DNA of 64,000 nucleotides from Rhodanobacteraceae bacterium (GTDB taxonomy: Bacteria; Pseudomonadota; Gammaproteobacteria; Xanthomonadales; SZUA-5): NCBI GenBank assembly GCA_024234055.1, contig JACKOW010000001.1:828874-892873 (forward strand), read 5' to 3'. A program made the position numbers and the translations under genes. Under the pieces are notes generated by a model. That model was not told the DNA's origin and did no database searches. It saw only the letters and a program-made list of their open reading frames with translations. Shown here in pieces: positions 58,311 through 64,000 of the stretch (its first letter is position 1; each line of letters starts with the position of its first letter).

Positions 58311-60605
58311 TCAGCCTTCCGTGAGCTGCCTGGCTCGCACCTGGGCCTCGACCACCGCCAGCGCGGTCATGTTGACCACGCGCCGCACCGTCGCCGAATT
58401 GGTCAGCACGTAGCAGGGTTTCTTCAATCCCATGACGATCGGGCCCAGGGACACGCCGCCAGTCAGCACGCGCACCATGTTGAAGGTGATGTTGGCGGCA
58501 TCCAGGGTCGGGAACACGAACATGTTGGCCTGACCGGTCAGGCGCGAGTTCGGAAAGATCCGCTCGCGGATGGTCGAATCCAGGGCGGCGTCGGCATGCA
58601 TCTCGCCCTCGACCTCCAGATCGGGAGCGCGTTCGCGCAGCAAATCCAGCACCTGGCGCATCTTGCGGCTGCTGGGGCTGTCCTCACTGCCGAAATTCGA
58701 GTGCGACAGCAATGCCACCTTGGCGGTGATGCCGAAGACCTTCAGACGCTCGACGGCCATGATCGTCGCCGTGGCCAGTTCGTGGGCGCTGGGATCGAGA
58801 TTGACGTAGGTGTCGAGGAAGAAGAAGGTGCCGCGATCGCAGGCAATGGCGCTCATCGCCGCCGGGGCTTCGATGTCGCCTTCCAGGCCAATGATGTCCT
58901 GGCAGTACTCGAGCTTGCGCTGGAAGCGTCCGACCACGCCGCCAATCATGGCGTCGACCTCGCCGCGCTCAACCATCAGCGCGCCGATCACGGTGCTGCG
59001 CGAGCGCACCACGGCCTTGGCCGCGGCCGGGGATACGCCGCGACGCTCCATCAAACGATGGTAGTGCTGCCAGTATTCCGGGAAGCGCGGATCGGAATCG
59101 ATGTTGGTGACGTCGAAATGCTCGCCGGGCTTGATCCACAGGCCCAGCCTTTCGATGCGCTGTTCGATCACCGCCGGGCGCCCGATCAGCGTCGGTCGGG
59201 CAAAGCCCTCGTCGACGATCGCCTGCACGGCGCGCAGCATGACTTCCTCTTCGCCCTCGGCGAAGGCCACTCGCTTGGGCTCGCGCCGGGCGGCATCGAA
59301 CACCGGCTTCATCATCAGCCCGGTGCGGAAGATGAACTGGTTCAGCTGCTGCCGGTACAGCGTCATGTCCTCGATGGGACGCACGGCAACGCCCGAATCC
59401 ATGGCCGCCTGGGCCACGGCGGGCGCCAGGCGCACCAGCAGACGCGGGTCGAAAGGCTGCGGGATCAGGCAATCACGACCGAAACTGCGCATTTCGCCAC
59501 CGTAAGCCGCTGCGGCCACATCCGAAGCGCCTTCGCGCGCCAGTTTGGCGATGGCGTGCACGCAGGCCAGCTTCATTGGCTCGGTGATGGTCGTGGCACC
59601 CACATCCAGCGCACCGCGGAAGATGTAGGGGAAGCACAGGGCGTTGTTGACCTGGTTGGGATAGTCCGATCGGCCGGTGGCCATGATCGCGTCCGGGCGT
59701 ACCGCCAGCGCATCTTCGGGCAGGATTTCGGGATTGGGATTGGCCAACGCCAGAATGATCGGATTGGCGGCCATGGTCTTGACCATGTCCTGCTTGAGCA
59801 CACCGCCGGCCGACAGCCCGAGGAACACATCGGCGCCATTGACGATCTCGGCCAGCGTGCGCAACTCGGTGTCGCGGGCATAGCGAGCCTTGTCGGCATC
59901 CATGTCCTCGGCGCGGCCCTTGTAGACCACGCCGCTGCGATCGGTAACCAGGATGTTCTCGGGTTTCATGCCCAGCTGAACCAGCATGTCCAGGCAGGCA
60001 ATGCCGGCCGCGCCTGCGCCCGAGACCGCCAGCTTGACCTCGGAAATCTCCTTGCCGACCACATGCAGGGCATTGACGACCGCCGCGCCGACGATGATCG
60101 CGGTGCCGTGCTGATCATCGTGAAACACCGGAATCTTCATGCGATCGCGCAGCTTGCGCTCGACGATGAAGCACTCCGGCGCCTTGATGTCTTCGAGGTT
60201 GATGCCGCCGAAGGTCGGTTCCAGGCTGGCGATGATGTCGACCAGCTTGTCCGGATCGCGCTCATCGATCTCGATATCGAAGACGTCGATGCCGGCGAAC
60301 TTCTGGAACAGCACGCCCTTGCCTTCCATGACCGGCTTGGCAGCCAGCGGACCGATGGCACCCAGACCCAGTACAGCCGTGCCGTTGGTGATCACGGCCA
60401 CCAGATTGCCGCGGGCGGTGACGGTGGAGGCCTCTCGCGGGTCGTCGACGATCACCTCACAGGCTGCCGCCACGCCCGGCGAGTAGGCCAGGGACAGATC
60501 GCGCTGGGTGGTCAGGGCCTTGGTCGGGGTGACCTTGATCTTGCCCGGAGGATGCTGGCGGTGGTACTCGAGCGCACTTTGCTTGAGCTGGTCCGAGATC
60601 GACAT
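58311..60605 (-). CDS. maeB: NADP-dependent malic enzyme (malic enzyme + phosphotransacetylase-like domain)
   Basis: [15 protein letters not shown].. aligns with the MaeB N-terminus. 765 aa. ATG at 60605 (the ORF table begins 3 codons upstream at GTG). Confidence 0.9.
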   Translation of the reverse strand: MSISDQLKQSALEYHRQHPPGKIKVTPTKALTTQRDLSLAYSPGVAAACEVIVDDPREASTVTARGNLVAVITNGTAVLGLGAIGPLAAKPVMEGKGVLFQKFAGIDVFDIEIDERDPDKLVDIIASLEPTFGGINLEDIKAPECFIVERKLRDRMKIPVFHDDQHGTAIIVGAAVVNALHVVGKEISEVKLAVSGAGAAGIACLDMLVQLGMKPENILVTDRSGVVYKGRAEDMDADKARYARDTELRTLAEIVNGADVFLGLSAGGVLKQDMVKTMAANPIILALANPNPEILPEDALAVRPDAIMATGRSDYPNQVNNALCFPYIFRGALDVGATTITEPMKLACVHAIAKLAREGASDVAAAAYGGEMRSFGRDCLIPQPFDPRLLVRLAPAVAQAAMDSGVAVRPIEDMTLYRQQLNQFIFRTGLMMKPVFDAARREPKRVAFAEGEEEVMLRAVQAIVDEGFARPTLIGRPAVIEQRIERLGLWIKPGEHFDVTNIDSDPRFPEYWQHYHRLMERRGVSPAAAKAVVRSRSTVIGALMVERGEVDAMIGGVVGRFQRKLEYCQDIIGLEGDIEAPAAMSAIACDRGTFFFLDTYVNLDPSAHELATATIMAVERLKVFGITAKVALLSHSNFGSEDSPSSRKMRQVLDLLRERAPDLEVEGEMHADAALDSTIRERIFPNSRLTGQANMFVFPTLDAANITFNMVRVLTGGVSLGPIVMGLKKPCYVLTNSATVRRVVNMTALAVVEAQVRARQLTEG

Positions 60606-60694
60606 GCTGAGCACCCATGGTGACGAGAGACCGGCGAGAATAACACCGGCCTCGCGACGCTCCGGAGACGGGTGCTCGGGCTGATCGATTCAGT

Positions 60695-61582
60695 TCAGCT
60701 GGCCCAACCGGCCAGGACCACGATGGACAGCAGCACCATCCACACGGTCAGCACTCGCCAGAGCAGGCGCCGGGCTTCCTCGACCGCTTCATCGCGGATC
60801 GGGGCGCCGTCGGCCGAGACGAATTCCTCGTCGTCCAGATCGACACAGGCGCGGGCCGTGGTCGCCAGAAAACCCAGGTCAGCGTGCAGGAAGCCCTGAC
60901 CGTGGGCGTCATGATGTTCGCGCCAGGCTTTGCCCACGGCATCAAAATCCGAGGCCAGCGCCAGCGCCAGGGTCATCAGCTGCGCCGGCAACCAGGCCAG
61001 CGCAGCGTGCAGATGAGCCGCAGCCTGAACTTGCGGCGCTGGCAGTCTGGATTGCAGATCGGACGATTGTGCCAACAGCTGGGTCAACCGATAGCCAAGC
61101 ACCCCGGTCGGGCCGAAAGCGATGAACCAGAAGGCCGGGGCAAACCAGCGGCTGAGGCCGGAGCTGAACACCGCATCCACCAGCTGGCCGCTGCGCACCG
61201 GCGCATCTCCGGTGTTGCCCCCCAGCGCAATCAACGCCTGCTGGCGCTGCTCGGCATTCTCGGCCGTGGCGGCGCGGCGCGCATCGGCGTCGAGGTCACG
61301 CGGACCCCAGCACCAGAACAGCATCACCAGAGCGAAGCCGAAATGCAGCAATCCATGCAGATGGCTACCGAGCACCGCCGATAGCAAGGCCGTGGCAGCC
61401 AGCAAGGGCAGCAGGATCAGCGCCAGACCAAACTCGCTGTTCCACAGCTCCAAGGTGGCCAGGCGCGCGCCCAGCCAGTCGAGGTAGCCGCGCAGCCACA
61501 GGAAGTGCCGCAACTGATTCATCTCGGGAGCCAGTGCGCCCGCAGCCAGAACCATCAGCAGGGCCAGCAAGGCCAGAGTCAT
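60695..61582 (-). CDS. ampE: AmpE-like regulatory inner membrane protein
   Basis: 295 aa. TM topology and N-terminal MTLALLALLMVLAAGAL..LDWL pattern resemble AmpE. The call is from memory and unverified. Confidence 0.5.
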   Translation of the reverse strand: MTLALLALLMVLAAGALAPEMNQLRHFLWLRGYLDWLGARLATLELWNSEFGLALILLPLLAATALLSAVLGSHLHGLLHFGFALVMLFWCWGPRDLDADARRAATAENAEQRQQALIALGGNTGDAPVRSGQLVDAVFSSGLSRWFAPAFWFIAFGPTGVLGYRLTQLLAQSSDLQSRLPAPQVQAAAHLHAALAWLPAQLMTLALALASDFDAVGKAWREHHDAHGQGFLHADLGFLATTARACVDLDDEEFVSADGAPIRDEAVEEARRLLWRVLTVWMVLLSIVVLAGWAS

Positions 61583-61689
61583 GAGCCAAATCTCCAGAAT
61601 CCACGGGTCGCGTTCAAGCTGCTATTTGATCAGGGAATCGGCTTTGGCGCGACCAGCGACGCGACGATCCTGGCCAGAGGCACGTCGTG

Positions 61690-62320
61690 CTCAGAAGCCG
61701 CCCGCGGAGTACGCATAGGAAAAGCAGAGAGTACGCGAAGAAGAGCGTTCATTTCTTCGGGGCGCTCTGAATCCTCTGTCATTGCGAGCCACCTGGGTCG
61801 GCCCGACACTGCGCACGGGCCATGAACCCCCGGCGTCATTGCGAGCTTAGCGAAGCAATCCAGAGACGTGCCGCAAAGCACTGGATTGCTTCGTCGCTAC
61901 GCTCCTCGCAATGACGCATCAACAACTTGCGATATGGGTTCATGGAAAGCCACCTGTTTCGGCCCGACACTGCTCACGGGCCATGAACCCATATCGTAAC
62001 TTGTTGATTTGAAGTCCGCATGAGCACAGCGCCAGCTTCGTCCACCCGTAGGAGCGCCCTTGCGGCGCGACCACCGCTGGGGATGTGCGGATTGCCGGTC
62101 GCGACGCGAGGTCGCTCATACAGGCGGGTTTGTGGCTCATGGCCCATGGGCAGTTTCAGGCCGACACAGGTGGCTCGCAACGACGCCGTGATAGGGTGAT
62201 TCTGAAAACCCGCACCCCGCACCCCGCACCCCGCACCCCGCGCCCCGCGCCCCGTGCCCCGTGCCCCGTGCCCCGTGCCCCGTGCCCCGTGCCCCGTGCC
62301 TGCCCCGTGCCTGCCCCGTG
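61690..62320. repeat. Two nested MITE-like hairpins (GTCATTGCGAGCCACCTGGGTCGGCCCGACACTGCGCACGGGCCATGAACCC.. and GGCGTCATTGCGAGCTTAGCGAAGCAATCCAG..CTGGATTGCTTCGTCGCTACGCTCCTCGCAATGACGC), REP-like GTAGGAGCGCCCTTGCGGCGCGAC, then a ~115-bp CCCCGCA/CCCCGTG/CCTGCCCCGTG array abutting the nudC stop
   Basis: Direct reading. Confidence 0.85.
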
Positions 62321-62322
62321 CC

Positions 62323-63279
62323 TCAGCCCCAGCGATCGCCGGGCGGCAGGATCTCTGCGCTGTCGCGCCCGCAGCGCTCGTGGTACCAGTCTTCCAGCAG
62401 ACGTGCCGACAAGGACAATGGTGGCGGCAGGCGAATCTCACCTGCCTGCACCGCGTCGCGCAATTCATCGGCTGAAAACCAGGCCGCGTGCTCCAGTTCA
62501 TCGCCGTAGCTCAGCGCATCGGTCTCGGCGCGGGCGGTGAATCCCAGCATCAGACTTGCCGGAAAGGGCCAGGGTTGAGACGAGTGGTAGTCGCATTCCA
62601 CCACCTGCACACCGGATTCCTCCAGCACTTCGCGGCGCAAGGCGTCTTCCAGACTTTCTCCGGGCTCGACGAAACCGGCCAATACCGAATAGCGGCGCGG
62701 TGGCCAGCTCGGCTGGCGTCCGAGCAGCACCCGGCCCTGGTGCTCCACCAGCACGATGATGGCGGGATCGAGGCGCGGAAACTGTTCCGTCCCGCAGGAA
62801 TCCTGCGTGCATCGACGCCGATGTCCACCATCCTCGATCCGCGTCGGCGCTCCGCAGCGCCCACAGTAGCGGTGCCGCTGATGCCAGTGCACCAGCGCCC
62901 GCGCGTAGGCGGCATAGCCGGCCTCGGACAGCGGCAGCGACTGCGCTGCCAGGCGCAGATCCACCCAGTGACGCTGCTCGCTGATGCACTGGTCGCGCCC
63001 GCTGTCGTCTACCACCAGCGCCAGGATGACTCGTCCGTCGACGGTGCCCAGCGCCAGCCGTCGCTCGGCATCCATGGTCAGCTCTGCCGCGCTGGCAGCG
63101 GTGACCAGGCCTTGGCCGCGCGTCAGGAGGATCTCGCCTCGTTCGCTGATGAAGAAGCACAGGGCATGGCCAGGGTCGACGTCGATCTCGCCGCGGCCGG
63201 CACGGCGGCGCCAGCCGGTGGAGCGATCCAGCGGCAGACCGGCAAAGAAATTGCGTGCGCTACGCTGCTCCGAGCCCAT
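62323..63279 (-). CDS. nudC: NAD(+) diphosphatase (NADH pyrophosphatase)
   Basis: Zinc ribbon CGRCGAPT..C..C, Nudix box GFVEPGESLEDALRREVLEESGV. Start MGSEQRSARNF at 63279 with GGAG SD. The ORF-table N-terminal extension is rejected. Confidence 0.8.
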   Translation of the reverse strand: MGSEQRSARNFFAGLPLDRSTGWRRRAGRGEIDVDPGHALCFFISERGEILLTRGQGLVTAASAAELTMDAERRLALGTVDGRVILALVVDDSGRDQCISEQRHWVDLRLAAQSLPLSEAGYAAYARALVHWHQRHRYCGRCGAPTRIEDGGHRRRCTQDSCGTEQFPRLDPAIIVLVEHQGRVLLGRQPSWPPRRYSVLAGFVEPGESLEDALRREVLEESGVQVVECDYHSSQPWPFPASLMLGFTARAETDALSYGDELEHAAWFSADELRDAVQAGEIRLPPPLSLSARLLEDWYHERCGRDSAEILPPGDRWG

Positions 63280-63347
63280 CAGAAAAACTCCGGCCGCTGA
63301 ACATGGCGACGTCGGTGTGCAGCGGGCCTGGTGGTGGCGCCGCTGCC

Positions 63348-63695
63348 TCAAACAGCAAACGAGGAACCGCAGCCGCAGGTGGTCTTCGCATTGGGGTTGC
63401 GAATGACGAATTGCGCGCCTTGAAGGCTTTCCGAGTAGTCGACTTCAGCACCAGCCAGGTATTGCAGGCTGATCGGATCGACCACCAGGGTCACACCATC
63501 GGTCTCAATGGCGAGATCGTCTTCGGCCGCCTGTTCGTCGAAGCTGAAACCATACTGGAATCCAGAGCAGCCGCCGCCCTGGATGTAGACCCTGAGCTTC
63601 AGGGCCGGATTGCCTTCCTCCAGCATCAGCTCGCGTACCTTGTGAGCGGCGGCGCTGGTGAAGACCATGCTTTCCTCGGCAACGGCTTCAGTCAT
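63348..63695 (-). CDS. erpA: Iron-sulfur cluster insertion protein ErpA (A-type carrier)
   Basis: ..[37 protein letters not shown]. Start MTEAVAEE at 63695 with GAGGG SD. Confidence 0.9.
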   Translation of the reverse strand: MTEAVAEESMVFTSAAAHKVRELMLEEGNPALKLRVYIQGGGCSGFQYGFSFDEQAAEDDLAIETDGVTLVVDPISLQYLAGAEVDYSESLQGAQFVIRNPNAKTTCGCGSSFAV

Positions 63696-63742
63696 GATGA
63701 TTACCCTCAAAGCTCAGGAGATGCGGTTGCCGGACGCCTTTT

Positions 63743-64000
63743 TCAAGACACTTCGGCCGCCGGCCCGGAGAGCTGCTTGCGTGGCTCTTCCTGGTGGACC
63801 ATCTGGCCGTTGACCTGGGCACCGGCCGCCATTTCAAGCACCCGGTAGTAAAGATTGCCGCGTACGCGGGCAGTGGGTCCCAGGATCAGCTTCTCGGATA
63901 CCACATCACCCAGCATCTCGCCGTGAATTTCGGCCTGAGGAACCTGAACCTGACCCTCGATCTGACCGCGCTCGTACAGTTTCAGCACCGCGTCGCCGGA
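63743..64000 (-). CDS. Bactofilin (polymer-forming cytoskeletal protein), C-terminal part; N-terminus beyond window end
   Basis: ..EIHGEMLGDVVSEKLILGPTARVRGNLYYRVLEMAAGAQVNGQMVH matches the bactofilin beta-helix C-terminus. The reading frame stays open to the window edge. Confidence 0.55.
   Translation of the reverse strand, partial: SGDAVLKLYERGQIEGQVQVPQAEIHGEMLGDVVSEKLILGPTARVRGNLYYRVLEMAAGAQVNGQMVHQEEPRKQLSGPAAEVS

Noticed and set aside
58293-60623. 776-aa + ORF antisense to maeB
   Set aside because: maeB on the - strand aligns end-to-end with malic enzyme.

Overview
This is a high-GC (about 68%) gammaproteobacterial chromosome segment. By inference it is Xanthomonadales-like, based on the rsmI<>lpoA-yraN synteny, the tolC-pcm pair and the REP/RAYT content. 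I support about 48 protein-coding genes from the ORF track, motif reading and start-codon/SD inspection. I found no rRNA, tRNA or CRISPR.

The window is unusually repeat-rich. Almost every intergenic gap carries mosaics of (i) heptamer or octamer tandem arrays (CCCCGTG / GCCCTCG / CAACCGA / CAACCAG / CAACCAA / GGGACTC types), (ii) REP-like palindromes (GTGGGAGCGG..CCGCGAT, CTTGTAGGTCCAGACTTGTCTGGAC..), (iii) about 90-bp MITE-like hairpins (GTCATTGCGAG..CTCGCAATGAC) and (iv) one complete REPtron, a REP-associated tyrosine transposase flanked by its own REP/BIME units.

Housekeeping genes: tolC(5' part)-pcm; a tetR-MFP-ABC operon; a DUF2254-like protein and an S9 peptidase; a BI-1 family protein; an lhgO-like oxidoreductase and glpK; metF; clpB; a REC-PAS-GGDEF-EAL protein; a DppC-like permease with a fused DppDF-like ATPase; a Sel1 protein; a glcD-like oxidoreductase; yraN-lpoA with divergent rsmI; a YdjM-like hydrolase; maeB; ampE-like; nudC; erpA; and a partial bactofilin.

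Accessory-looking loci: an AraC regulator with a periplasmic sensor domain plus a pectate-lyase-like and a beta-helix secreted protein; a delta-60-repeat propeller protein; and an unknown 712-aa secreted protein.

The most interesting locus is a co-directional cluster at about 28.45-39.99 kb. It runs: YbjN/DUF2170-like, coiled-coil protein, small protein, NfeD/YqiJ-like, 734-aa flotillin, four-helix-bundle protein cassette, a 1696-aa protein with a C-terminal AAA+ (AAA_5/MoxR-like) ATPase, and a spermidine-synthase-like protein. It has a palindrome-bearing promoter and heptamer arrays that form several gene 3' ends. I propose it as a candidate undescribed membrane-remodelling or defense module. 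All family assignments come from motif recognition without database searches.
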